Source: a virus
Taxonomy: Duplodnaviria; Caudoviricetes
IMG/VR virus record: IMGVR_UViG_3300003971_000004
Span: 1-58,398 of that record
Strand: one strand, 5' to 3'
DNA: 58,398 nt
The notes beneath the pieces are model-generated. The model saw nothing but the letters and a program-made list of their open reading frames with translations, made no database searches and was not told the DNA's origin. A program made the position numbers and the translations under genes. Positions 1 to 9,384 of the stretch are shown here, in pieces. Numbering within the stretch: the stretch's first letter is position 1; each line of letters opens with the position of its first letter.

Positions 1-261
1 ATGAAGCCGTGGCCCACTCCCGATCAGGCGCGCGCCAAGCTGCGCGATCGAGCCGCAGAACGCGGGGAGAGTTTGGCCGCGCTGTCGCGGCTGATCGGAA
101 AGCCAGCGCGCTACCTCGACACCTGGGTCCGCGACGGTCGTCCGGAATGGTTGGAGTCGACGGACCGGAAGAGGCTGGAGCGCTATCTCGGGCTCAAGGA
201 ATCCGAGATTGGGTGGCCGGATGGACCGGATGATCGAGGAGGCGACGATGGGGAGGATTGA
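1..261 (+). CDS. Small HTH-like DNA-binding protein
   Basis: ESLAALSRLIGKPARYLDTWVRDGRPEWL resembles the N-terminal HTH of alphaproteobacterial S24-type regulators. Confidence 0.6.
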   Translation: MKPWPTPDQARAKLRDRAAERGESLAALSRLIGKPARYLDTWVRDGRPEWLESTDRKRLERYLGLKESEIGWPDGPDDRGGDDGED

Positions 262-472
262 CTGGTTGCCCGTTGATGACGTTCCGAGCGAACTCAGAGA
301 TGGGCGCTACGTCCTGCTGTGGAGCGAGCGCGGGCCCCAGATCGGGTTCTGGAGCACGTATATCGACGGCGACGGCTGGGCCACCCATGAGGGGCGACCG
401 GAGCCGTCGCTCGTCGCGGAGCTGCATGATCCCGAAGGCAACCCCATTTACGACCACGACAACGACGCCTGA
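248..472 (+). CDS. Hypothetical phage protein (DUF551-like)
   Basis: GAGGAGG RBS before ATG 248; W-x-P...P-x-DG-x-x-VLLW pattern. Confidence 0.5.
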   Translation: MGRIDWLPVDDVPSELRDGRYVLLWSERGPQIGFWSTYIDGDGWATHEGRPEPSLVAELHDPEGNPIYDHDNDA

Positions 473-475
473 GCG

Positions 476-733
476 CTACTTCGGCCAGCTGTCGATCAGC
501 AGCCGACGCCGGGTCTCACATTGCGCGATCGCGATAGCTCGCTCGCGCGCGGCAAGCTCCATGTCAGCGGAGGTGGCGGTGCCGTCACCTTGCCGGGGGA
601 TCGGCGGGATCAGGCACGGCACCTGCGCCGCCGCCGGTGCTGGAGGCAGCTTCAAGGGCGCGGTCGTCTCTCTCGAGCAGCTGAACGCGCTCAGCGGAAA
701 GGCAAGTAGTGCGGCCAGCAGGGGTTTGCGCAT
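476..733 (-). CDS. o-spanin (Rz1-like lipoprotein)
   Basis: Signal peptide with lipobox-like AFSC, Pro-rich; overlaps the 3' end of the i-spanin gene in another frame. Confidence 0.75.
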   Translation of the reverse strand: MRKPLLAALLAFPLSAFSCSRETTAPLKLPPAPAAAQVPCLIPPIPRQGDGTATSADMELAARERAIAIAQCETRRRLLIDSWPK

Positions 734-1004
734 ATTCCCTCACGATATCTCGACTGTGGACGATGACGGGCTCCATCGCGGTCACCCGCTTGGTGTGCCC
801 GTCCAGGGCGGTGGCGTAGCGGTCAGCGATCCGGGCGCGCTGCTCGGCGGCCTCGCGCTTGGTCTTCTCGATGAGGAGCTGGCGGTTGACCGCGAGCTTC
901 TCCCAGTGGGCGCTGTCGCCCCAGGCGATCACGAGCAGGACGCCCATGATCGCGACGGAGACGCCCCAGCCGACCAGCTTCCAGTTCTTGAGCAGGAAGG
1001 TCAT
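585..1004 (-). CDS. i-spanin (Rz-like)
   Basis: ATGA overlap with endolysin stop; N-terminal TM (LVGWGVSVAIMGVLLVIAW), coiled-coil, C-terminal Cys. Confidence 0.75.
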   Translation of the reverse strand: MTFLLKNWKLVGWGVSVAIMGVLLVIAWGDSAHWEKLAVNRQLLIEKTKREAAEQRARIADRYATALDGHTKRVTAMEPVIVHSRDIVREYAQTPAGRTTCLSAERVQLLERDDRALEAASSTGGGAGAVPDPADPPAR

Positions 1005-1642
1005 TGTACCGCCTTCCCGCACCTCGCGCGATCGACGTTGCCGATGCGATGCGCGATCCAGCCCCGGTGGAAGGCGCGGAGCTTGGGGTTGACCCGGACC
1101 AGCCGGTCGTATTCGCCGCGCTGGGCACCATCGAGGTGGCCGAGCATCGCGACACAGAGAAGGGCGGCACCGCGCCGGTCCTGACAGCCCTTGTAGGCAG
1201 CGATCGTCGAAGGTCCGATCTTCCCGTCGGCGACAAGGCGAGTGCTGCACAGGGCGTTGGTGCCCTGCTGGAACCAGCGCGACGGCCGCGCCGGGCCCAT
1301 GTTGACGGTGGTGTCGAACAGCTCCTCAGTGACCGCCGCGTCCAAGGCGATCAGCGGCTCATAGCCCGGGTCGACCAGATAGCGCCGATAGTAGATGTTC
1401 TCGGCGACCTCGCGCGGGAGCGTCCGCATCGGCCCCCGATACCCGTTCTGGACCGCCACCTTCTTTGTGATGCCCATGTTGGTCTCGCCGCCCGGGTCGC
1501 TCGGGTGGTTCACATAGCCGCCTTCGACGGCAATGACCGAGGCGAGCAGGGCAGCGACGACGGCAGCGAGACCAGCTTTCTTGCCGGACCGCTGCGGTGC
1601 CGGCGGAGGGTCCGCGTTGAACCCGGTCAGCTTGTTGCTCAC
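1001..1642 (-). CDS. Endolysin, glycoside hydrolase family 108, with N-terminal hydrophobic segment
   Basis: EGGYVNHPSDPGGETNMGIT GH108 motif; DGKIGPST and RGWIAHRI peptidoglycan-binding-type C-terminus. Confidence 0.9.
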   Translation of the reverse strand: MSNKLTGFNADPPPAPQRSGKKAGLAAVVAALLASVIAVEGGYVNHPSDPGGETNMGITKKVAVQNGYRGPMRTLPREVAENIYYRRYLVDPGYEPLIALDAAVTEELFDTTVNMGPARPSRWFQQGTNALCSTRLVADGKIGPSTIAAYKGCQDRRGAALLCVAMLGHLDGAQRGEYDRLVRVNPKLRAFHRGWIAHRIGNVDRARCGKAVQ

Positions 1643-1902
1643 TTCTTGTCTCCCTGCTTGTAGAGCCGGATTCCGACGATCAGGACGGTGATGAGCGGGC
1701 CGATCGCGGGCGGCACCCAGCGGCGCAGCTCAGGCGGAAGGATGTTGATGACCTGGACCAGCGTCTCCGGGGCGGCGAGCAGGTAGGTGGCGAGGAGGCC
1801 GAACAGCGCGGCGAGGCGGATCGACCACCAGCGCCAAGCGGTGTGCCAGTCATCGACGAGGCGCGCGCGAACGCGGCCCCAGAAGGTCTGAGGTTTCTCC
1901 AT
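1639..1902 (-). CDS. Holin
   Basis: 87 aa, two TM segments, LVDDWxxAWRWWSIRL motif, basic C-terminus, coupled to endolysin. Confidence 0.75.
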   Translation of the reverse strand: MEKPQTFWGRVRARLVDDWHTAWRWWSIRLAALFGLLATYLLAAPETLVQVINILPPELRRWVPPAIGPLITVLIVGIRLYKQGDKK

Positions 1903-1942
1903 CGGTCAGTTCCTTTGAGGGTGGTGCGGGGGCGGTGCCCGC

Positions 1943-2308
1943 TTACGCGCCGCTGAGCTTCGCCAAGGTAGCGAGCATGTCGGCAGGGATGTTGAGATCG
2001 GGCGGGAACGCAGCCTCAAGGATGCGTTCGGCCCGGGCCAGCTCGGGATTCGCTGGGTCGGTGCGGCGAACGACCCCCGCCACGATCTCGAATGCGAGAC
2101 GGAGGGCGATCACCTCCTTGTCCCGTCTGTCGTCCTTCGCTTCCAGCTCGGCAACACGTCGTTCAAGCCGAGTCGTCAATGCAGTTTCCTTCCTGTCGGC
2201 GCGGTTGATGATGAAGGAGAAAGCGCCGCCGAGCGCGCCGAGAAGGGCGACGGCCCCCCCTACGATTCCGCCGATGTCCCAAGCCGATGGCCCGTTCACG
2301 TCCGCCAT
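1943..2308 (-). CDS. Membrane-anchored coiled-coil protein of the lysis cassette
   Basis: GGAGG RBS; one N-terminal TM followed by a coiled-coil. Confidence 0.6.
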   Translation of the reverse strand: MADVNGPSAWDIGGIVGGAVALLGALGGAFSFIINRADRKETALTTRLERRVAELEAKDDRRDKEVIALRLAFEIVAGVVRRTDPANPELARAERILEAAFPPDLNIPADMLATLAKLSGA

Positions 2309-2350
2309 GTTTTTGCCTCCCCGGAGGTGCGAGTTGCCGGTCGGACGGCG

Positions 2351-2533
2351 CTAGGAGGTAGCCAGCGCATCGGCTTCGACTGCGGTCAGCGGGACGCGTC
2401 GAACGACGAGTTGATCGACCTCATCGGGGAGCTCCACGACGAGCTGAGCGTGTGGTTCGAGCCGCTGAGCCGGGTTGTCTCCCACCACGATTTCCAGCGC
2501 GCCAGCAGCGGCTTGGACGACAATCATTGCCAT
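2351..2533 (-). CDS. Hypothetical protein
   Basis: GAGGA RBS; in operon orientation between tailspike and lysis genes. Confidence 0.5.
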   Translation of the reverse strand: MAMIVVQAAAGALEIVVGDNPAQRLEPHAQLVVELPDEVDQLVVRRVPLTAVEADALATS

Positions 2534-2544
2534 GCTTCGTTCCT

Positions 2545-5457
2545 CTAGTTTGCGAGCAGACGAGCGCCGGTGACTTCCGCCGCCCGACGCGCCTGAATTT
2601 CATACCCCGGCACCGTCCCCGACCCGGTCAGGTGGACCAGGTCGTGAAAGATGCCCATCTTCGCGACGGCGTATGGGGCGTGCGGCCCCATCGCGAAGTG
2701 CCAGTCCGCCACGGTCAGGTTCCGCTTGGCGCATTCGGCCAGGAAAATGCGGGTGTAGCGGTCCTGCACATCCTGGGCGATCGTCGCGGTCGCAGAGGGC
2801 GGGTCTGTCCAGGGCCAGACATCCGCGCCGGTGGCGATTGCTGCATCCAGCACGCTCCCGATCGCGGTGCGGTAGACGGTGTCTCCGACTAGCCCCGCCG
2901 CATCGTTGGTGACGCCCTCGGGCACAATGAGCGAAGCACCCAGCTTCCGCAGCAGCTCGGGAACCGAGTTCTCCGGGGTAAAGGCCCCGATGCTGTCGGT
3001 CGCCATCGTCACCATAGTGCGCAGCGGCGTGCCGCCGTTGACGACGATCAGGTGTGGGTTGACCGACGACCATGCGACGGAGCCGACGACGCCCACCGGC
3101 TTCGCATCGAGGGTGGTGACCCGATAGGTGTTGACCCCATGCACGACCCCGTCTGCGGGGCCGACGTCGGCATAGCCCATGCCGGCGACGCCGCTACAGT
3201 TGATCGTCTTGATCGAGGCTGCGCCGTTCACCGAGATCGCGATCCGGCCATAGTCTCCACCAAACGCGGATGCGTTGCCCATCCAGAAGAAGATGCGGTG
3301 CCAGTCGGTTTCGGTTGGCTCAGCATATTCGATCCAGCAGCCAGCGGTCGTTGCTCGCATTGCGCTGCCCGCAAGCTGCGTTCCCCATCCCGACCAGCCG
3401 GCGCTGCACGACAGACGATTGTCATAGGTGTTGGTGCCGCCGCCACCCGGGAACCCAGCGTTGCCGACCCAGCTAGTAACGCGCGCGGGAATACCCTGTG
3501 CTGTCATCTGGGCCGCCCACCGCGCCGGGGTGCTGGTCTGCTTGATCTGCCCCGTTGTGCCGTTGGTCGCGGCGGTGTGCGAGGTGCCGGGGCCGAACGC
3601 CACCACGGGCCAATGCCCGCTGGGCATCACGGTCCCTGCGAGCATCTTCAACACCGCGTCACGATAGGAGCGGAGGAACCGCTTGGGGTCATAGTTGACC
3701 AGGATCTCGTCGATCGACGGGAACGGGTGTTCGATGTTGTATCGCTCGAACAGCTCGAAATCCGACAGCGCGGCGGGCATGAACTCGATCCGGCTGATCG
3801 CGCCGTTCAAGGACTGCTGGCCGTAGACGTCGGAATTGTTGGCATTGCCCAGCCGCGCGCTGGTCCGCGCGACGCCATTCAGGAGGCTGTAGGCGACCCG
3901 AGCCGGGATCCGGGAGCCGCCACCAATGCTGACGTGCCCCGCCTCCCAAGTCATTGCGATCCGCACCGGCCCGGTGGAGAAATTGGCATCTCCGATATCG
4001 AAGCCCTGGATGTTCGTGCCGTCATAGTAGGTCCCGGAATCGTCGTCCGCGAGATAGACGACCGCAGCCCCATTCAGCGAAAGGACGGTGTTCGCGATGC
4101 CCGCCACCCGATGGGGCCGCTCGATGTCAATGAGCAGCGTCCCGGCCGGTGCCTGGAGCGCGGTTAGGAGGTCTCCCCCAACAACCGTCTGATCGCCGTT
4201 CCGCGTGCTGGCACCGTTCACGAACGGAGTCGGCACCGCAGTCCCGCTGATCACGTCGTTGTATTCGACGCGCACATAGGTCTCGGCGGTGGTGCCGGTG
4301 AAGTCGAGGTTGATAGTTCCAGCCCCGGTGATGTTGAGCAGCTGATAGGTGCGAGGTGCCGAAACGTGCGTTCCCCAGCCGGTACCAGTGGCGGTGCCGG
4401 CCGAGGTCGCGACCTGACCCGGCCCGCTCAGCCAGACCGCCAGGCGGCCCGTCACCGGCATCGTGACGGTGGTGTCGCTGGGATTGGAGGTCGAAAGCAG
4501 CGCCTTCGAAAACTGGTAGCAGAGCAAGCCCTTGGTCGGGTGGACAACCGGCTGCCCGGCCGCGACCGTGACGGGGACCGTCCCTGACGGGTCCATGTTG
4601 GTCAGCGTCGTCGATGCCTGTGCGCGCGTGGTCGTCAGAGACCCGGAAGGGTAAAGGCCGAGGGCCATATCCCAGATCACGCTGTCCTTCGTGACAATGG
4701 CACCCGAAGGGTCGATGCCGGGCTCCCAGCCATCGGCACTGCGAGCCGGATACTGGATGCGCAGGTCCGTCGAATAACCACGGTCGCCGGTCTGCCCCCG
4801 GTTGTCAGGTGCTTGACCGGAGAAAACCACGAGGGATGCGCCGATCGGTACGGTTGCGAGCGCCGCGTCGACCTCCGCCGCCAACGTCTTGGCAGACTTG
4901 GTCCCCGGACCGGCTGGCGCGGTGTCGCTTTCCGCCCATGCCTGGGCAAGCAGGGCGGCGTCACGCACGCCGAGATCGACCGCATAGATGCGCTCAAGCC
5001 CGCTCGGCGATCCGGTCTTGTAACGGAAAATGCCAGTGTTCGGGACGACGAGGCCCGAGATCGGATCGGTATGCGTTCCGGTGTCAGTGGCCGGCACCTC
5101 AACCAGTTCGCCAGCCGTGAACGACATCGCTGCGGCGGCCGCCCAGCTCGGCGCACCCTTGCGGCCAGACGTGATCGTCCCGACCACGCCGGACAAGTCC
5201 ACCACCTGAAGCTTCTGGATCGGAGGTGCCGAATAGGTGCCGTCCGCAGACACGATCTCGACGTCATAGATGCCATCATTCGTGGCGAAACCGAGAGCGC
5301 CGACGCCATCGGCGGTAAGCGGATTGTCGATCGCCTCACCTTCGGCGTCGAACAGGGCGGCCTCCGTCGTCGTCCCGGTCAACAGGACGGTCGCGCGCGC
5401 ATATGGGAGCACCGCCCCGGTGTCGGCCCGGGCGGCGTAGAACTGAACGAACTGCAT
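2545..5457 (-). CDS. Tailspike / receptor-binding protein with C-terminal SGNH hydrolase domain
   Basis: N-terminal virion-attachment-like segment, beta-rich middle; SGNH blocks GTSHT, NGGTP, GVTND, DLVH. Confidence 0.75.
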   Translation of the reverse strand: MQFVQFYAARADTGAVLPYARATVLLTGTTTEAALFDAEGEAIDNPLTADGVGALGFATNDGIYDVEIVSADGTYSAPPIQKLQVVDLSGVVGTITSGRKGAPSWAAAAAMSFTAGELVEVPATDTGTHTDPISGLVVPNTGIFRYKTGSPSGLERIYAVDLGVRDAALLAQAWAESDTAPAGPGTKSAKTLAAEVDAALATVPIGASLVVFSGQAPDNRGQTGDRGYSTDLRIQYPARSADGWEPGIDPSGAIVTKDSVIWDMALGLYPSGSLTTTRAQASTTLTNMDPSGTVPVTVAAGQPVVHPTKGLLCYQFSKALLSTSNPSDTTVTMPVTGRLAVWLSGPGQVATSAGTATGTGWGTHVSAPRTYQLLNITGAGTINLDFTGTTAETYVRVEYNDVISGTAVPTPFVNGASTRNGDQTVVGGDLLTALQAPAGTLLIDIERPHRVAGIANTVLSLNGAAVVYLADDDSGTYYDGTNIQGFDIGDANFSTGPVRIAMTWEAGHVSIGGGSRIPARVAYSLLNGVARTSARLGNANNSDVYGQQSLNGAISRIEFMPAALSDFELFERYNIEHPFPSIDEILVNYDPKRFLRSYRDAVLKMLAGTVMPSGHWPVVAFGPGTSHTAATNGTTGQIKQTSTPARWAAQMTAQGIPARVTSWVGNAGFPGGGGTNTYDNRLSCSAGWSGWGTQLAGSAMRATTAGCWIEYAEPTETDWHRIFFWMGNASAFGGDYGRIAISVNGAASIKTINCSGVAGMGYADVGPADGVVHGVNTYRVTTLDAKPVGVVGSVAWSSVNPHLIVVNGGTPLRTMVTMATDSIGAFTPENSVPELLRKLGASLIVPEGVTNDAAGLVGDTVYRTAIGSVLDAAIATGADVWPWTDPPSATATIAQDVQDRYTRIFLAECAKRNLTVADWHFAMGPHAPYAVAKMGIFHDLVHLTGSGTVPGYEIQARRAAEVTGARLLAN

Positions 5458-5486
5458 GGAACCTCCGAGGGAGAAGGACGAAAGGG

Positions 5487-8078
5487 TTACTCGAACTCGC
5501 GCTGGCGCTGGCCTTCGTAGCCGCCGCCGCTGGAGCCGCCGCCGGACGGGGTCGAACCGCCGCCGGTGGTGATGGTGAAGGTGATTTCAGAGGACAGATT
5601 CAGGTGGGCCGGATTCGAGGTCCAGCCATCGAACGCGGCGATCCGCCCGTAATATGTGCCTGCCCCGAGGCCGAAGATCTGGACCGAGGGGATGCCCGCT
5701 GAGACCACGCCCCCGGAGGTCGAAGGATCGAAGCCGGTGGTGTCGGAATAGAAGACGACATACCCGGCCACATCCGCATCGCCGGAGACGTCGCAGCTTC
5801 CAACCGCGGTGGTCGCGCCGTCTGCGATCGCCGCCGTCGTCACCGCCGCAGGCGCCGCGTTGGTGACGTGCAGCCATTCCGAGGGGGCCGCGTCGCCAGC
5901 CGAGTTCGTGGCGACGCATTCAATCGCATAGGCGCGCTGGACACCATCCTGCGCGGCGAGCGAGGCGGTGTAGGTGGCTGTGGGCGACGAACTGTTGATC
6001 TCGCGGACCAGCGTCGTCTCATCGGACAGGAAGAAGCGGAATTTGTACGCGGTGGCCCGCTCGGCGGCATCGCAGACAACATTGAGCGTCGTGCCAGTCC
6101 AGGGCTGGGCGAGCCGCACATTCCCCGCCTTGTCCGGCCGCGCCGTCGCGGGTTCCAGCTCCACGGTGAACGCCGGCACATCCGCGAGCGATTCGAGCGC
6201 GCGCCCGAAGATGTTGAAGCTGGGCAGCTTGACCTGCACCGTCGCCCCGACGCTCAGCGCGCCATAGTCGAGCTTGAAGATCGCGTCGTCGAGCCGGACG
6301 AAGCGGACACCGCTGCTGTGCGACGCCGGCACCGTCCCGTAGAGACCGCGGCGGAGCGGGCTGAGATCGTACTGGTTCGCTCCGGTCAGGGTTGCATCCT
6401 GATAGGAGACCAGCTCGTTTCCGACGAGGCTGAGCGTCACGCCCGCGTCCATCTCGGCGGCCGTGCCCCCGGCGATAGTCCCGAGGCTCTCCGCCAGGTC
6501 GACCGAGAGCGGGTTGGTGTTGTCGGGGTCAGCGGACAGCGCGAGGGCGGCGGTCAGCTCACCATACCGCGCCGGCGCGTTGATCACCCCGGCCCGGCTG
6601 AAGGTGGTGCCATCGACGCTGATCCAGACCTCGCAGCCGCCCCAGGTCGGCGACGTCGAGCTTACTGCACACCAGATCTCGCGGCGTCCGTTGGTCAGCG
6701 AGGACGGGGCATTGAACAGCACCGGGTCCGATACCGCCCCGGGAGCGATGTCCGCGTTCGGCTGATAGCCGGCACCGCTTTGCCCGGCCGAGGACAGCGC
6801 AGAGGCGGCACCCATCGGGAGGGCGTTGGCCAGCACGACGAGCTGGCCGTCCTCGTCCTCCTCGATCTCCGCGATGCGGACGGGGAGCTGATCCAGCAGC
6901 AGGCCGTCGCTGACCGTGGTCAAGGTCACGATGTTCGTCGGTTCAAGCAGCACGAAGTCCCAGGGCAGGCGAAACTTGTAGCGCTCGCGCGTGTACAGGA
7001 TGCGCTGGAGCAGCAGCTGCGTCGCCTTCTGCGCGACCGCGGCGTCCGCGATCGACTGCCAGTTCGTCGGATCCTGCTTGCGGCGGCCGAACTCGACGAT
7101 GTTCGCGAGATCCTGCGCGGTAGCGATCGCCGCGTTGTACTGGTTCGCGCGATCCCGGAATTCGACCTGGACGATGTTGTAGGCGTCGGTCTGGTCGACG
7201 ATCTCCAGCACGACCGGAGGCTCGCCGTCCTCGGCAAGGAAGTCGTCCTCGGTCAGGTCATAGCAAGGGGTCAGGTCGGGGGTCCAGGTGACCCCGTTCC
7301 CGGTCGCTGGGGCGTCGCCAAGCGGCGTCGCCTTCAGCAGACCCTCCGACCAGAGCAGCTCGGTGTTGGAGGCCTGCGCGAGCTCCAGCAGAAACTCGCT
7401 CGCCCGACGCTGCGACTCTTCGACCGGCGACAGCAGCAGCCCCGTCGCGCGGGCATAATCCGACCAATCGTCGAGGTCGCCGATCAAGCCCGCAGACCAT
7501 CCCGGCAGGCCATGCGACGGGCTGGTCAGGTAATCCACGGTGATGTCGCGCGGATCGGCATCACAGACGCCCCCGCCGAGCTGGATCGCGAAGTCGACCT
7601 CGAAGCTATGGTTGGACAGCGTCGCCGAGTCCGACAGATCGTAGTTGGCGGCGTAGACGTAGGCGATGCCCGAATAAGCGAGTGCCTCGGACGGGAATTG
7701 GCTGACCAGATAGCCCCACGGGGCCTGATCGACCTCGCCCGTCGCCAGGCTTAGCCCGGCCTGCGCCAATGCGCTGGTCGCTCCGTTGGTGAAGACCGAC
7801 TTGTCTTTGTAAACGGTGCGGACGCCAGCGATCGGGCCTTCGCCCAGCATCATGATGACCGACGCGGTATAGGTGTAGGTGGTGTTCTTGGAACCCCCGA
7901 GACCTTTGCCGCCGGTCTTCGTCGTCTGGGGAATCGCTCGAAACGCGCCGTACCAACCGAGATTGCAGGACATGCGCCCGCGCCCCCAGCCGAGCGAGAG
8001 CGCGCGGCCGAGCGTCGAGGACTGGACGCTGATCGCGTTGAGCTTCGTGGCGGAGGTGGAGGTTTTCTTCCCCAGCAT
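5487..8078 (-). CDS. Tail tip / central fibre protein (GTA-like, J-like)
   Basis: LGEGPIAGV, LAYSGIAYV motifs, fibronectin-like C-terminus, position after NlpC gene. Confidence 0.85.
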   Translation of the reverse strand: MLGKKTSTSATKLNAISVQSSTLGRALSLGWGRGRMSCNLGWYGAFRAIPQTTKTGGKGLGGSKNTTYTYTASVIMMLGEGPIAGVRTVYKDKSVFTNGATSALAQAGLSLATGEVDQAPWGYLVSQFPSEALAYSGIAYVYAANYDLSDSATLSNHSFEVDFAIQLGGGVCDADPRDITVDYLTSPSHGLPGWSAGLIGDLDDWSDYARATGLLLSPVEESQRRASEFLLELAQASNTELLWSEGLLKATPLGDAPATGNGVTWTPDLTPCYDLTEDDFLAEDGEPPVVLEIVDQTDAYNIVQVEFRDRANQYNAAIATAQDLANIVEFGRRKQDPTNWQSIADAAVAQKATQLLLQRILYTRERYKFRLPWDFVLLEPTNIVTLTTVSDGLLLDQLPVRIAEIEEDEDGQLVVLANALPMGAASALSSAGQSGAGYQPNADIAPGAVSDPVLFNAPSSLTNGRREIWCAVSSTSPTWGGCEVWISVDGTTFSRAGVINAPARYGELTAALALSADPDNTNPLSVDLAESLGTIAGGTAAEMDAGVTLSLVGNELVSYQDATLTGANQYDLSPLRRGLYGTVPASHSSGVRFVRLDDAIFKLDYGALSVGATVQVKLPSFNIFGRALESLADVPAFTVELEPATARPDKAGNVRLAQPWTGTTLNVVCDAAERATAYKFRFFLSDETTLVREINSSSPTATYTASLAAQDGVQRAYAIECVATNSAGDAAPSEWLHVTNAAPAAVTTAAIADGATTAVGSCDVSGDADVAGYVVFYSDTTGFDPSTSGGVVSAGIPSVQIFGLGAGTYYGRIAAFDGWTSNPAHLNLSSEITFTITTGGGSTPSGGGSSGGGYEGQRQREFE

Positions 8079-8093
8079 TGGAAGGCAGCTCCC

Positions 8094-8513
8094 TCAGAAC
8101 AGCGTGAAAAATTTGACCGCGCGGGCGCGCAGTTCTTCGTCTCGATCGATGTCGCCGCGGATCACCGCTCCGGCGAGCTGGACCGCGTGCAGCACCGTCG
8201 GCGGATCGAGCACGATCGCGCCGTGGCTGTAGGTTCGCCCGTACTTCCAGATCGCGAAGTCGCCGGGGCCGATCTCGGCTCGATCGATCTCGCGGGCGTG
8301 GCCGCGCACGATGTCGAGATACCGCTCCTCGTCCCGGTGCAGCATCCAGTCCGTGGTGTAGCGCGGGTCGAGATCAGGGATCAGGCCGCAGGCATGATAG
8401 ACGGCGAGCGGAAGCTGAGCGCAATCGACCCCAACGCCCCGGATTCGCGCGCGGTGATGATAGGGCGTTCCCTCCCATCGCAGCGCTTCTGCAACGACCC
8501 TGTCGCGCGTCAT
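8094..8513 (-). CDS. NlpC/P60 tail-associated peptidase
   Basis: WEGTPYHH, GVDCA (catalytic Cys), HGAI...LHA; ATGA overlap with upstream gene. Confidence 0.9.
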   Translation of the reverse strand: MTRDRVVAEALRWEGTPYHHRARIRGVGVDCAQLPLAVYHACGLIPDLDPRYTTDWMLHRDEERYLDIVRGHAREIDRAEIGPGDFAIWKYGRTYSHGAIVLDPPTVLHAVQLAGAVIRGDIDRDEELRARAVKFFTLF

Positions 8514-9382
8514 ATCGCCGTCTCGGGGAGCGGGACGTAGGGGGTCGCTTTGAAGTGCTCCAGGTTGGCGAACTTCGTCTCGCAGGTGCCTTTGGCGAGA
8601 TCGCAGCCCCAATAGACCGCGAAAGCGTCGCCGGGTGAGGGGACCGCAGGAAGCGACTGGATCAGCGAGATGCCGCCCGACCCGTCGTTGTCCTTCACCG
8701 TGCGCGAGATCCCGGCGTTGGCCCCGGAGGTGAACACGACACGGCCCTGCGCGAACAGCCCCGCGACCCCGCTGACCGTCGAGGTGAAGGCCAAGCCAGT
8801 CGGCGTCCCGGTTACGGTGCCCGTCTCCTTGAAGTCCTCGGGGTCGAGCCCGCAGCCGATGTCATAGACGGTGTGGAGACACGGAACCTGATAGAGGTTG
8901 GCCGGCATGCTGACGTTCAAGAGGATCGTCCAGGCCGACACGGTGATCTCCGCATGGGTGCCCATGATCTCGCCGACCGAAGTCACCTTGCCGGCGAAGC
9001 GCAGCACCGTGCCGGTCGCACCGCCGTTCTCGGGCCTCATCGCAGACCAATCCGGCGCGAACGCCCGTTCCAGCTTAATGCTGGCACCGTCGAGACCACG
9101 GCGAGCGATGAAGGCGATCAGGGGGATCGAATTGATTTTGTCGTCAGGCCCGGCGTCGATGTTCACGAGCAGGGTCGCGACCTCAAGCCCGACCTTCTCG
9201 ACAATGGAGCCTCGATCGATCACGGGGCCGAGGGCAAAGGTGTTGCCGTTGGCCATGATCGGAATATCGGCCCCCGACCAGCGGACCACTGCACCCCCGT
9301 TCAGTCGCAAGGTCCAGATGTCGGCGGACACGAACTTTCGGGTCGCCAGCAGCGCGCGCAATTCGGGCGTGGATGCCTTCAC
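8510..9382 (-). CDS. DUF2163 (BR0599-type) tail hub protein
   Basis: CLHTVYDIGC, FTSGANAG, GCD...TC..KFANL.HF Cys pattern; GTG start just after DUF2460 stop. Confidence 0.85.
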   Translation of the reverse strand: MKASTPELRALLATRKFVSADIWTLRLNGGAVVRWSGADIPIMANGNTFALGPVIDRGSIVEKVGLEVATLLVNIDAGPDDKINSIPLIAFIARRGLDGASIKLERAFAPDWSAMRPENGGATGTVLRFAGKVTSVGEIMGTHAEITVSAWTILLNVSMPANLYQVPCLHTVYDIGCGLDPEDFKETGTVTGTPTGLAFTSTVSGVAGLFAQGRVVFTSGANAGISRTVKDNDGSGGISLIQSLPAVPSPGDAFAVYWGCDLAKGTCETKFANLEHFKATPYVPLPETAI

Positions 9383-9384
9383 GA

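Noticed and set aside
2545-8078. Diversity-generating retroelement or invertible tail-fibre cassette
   Set aside because: No reverse transcriptase, invertase or TR/VR-like repeat pair seen
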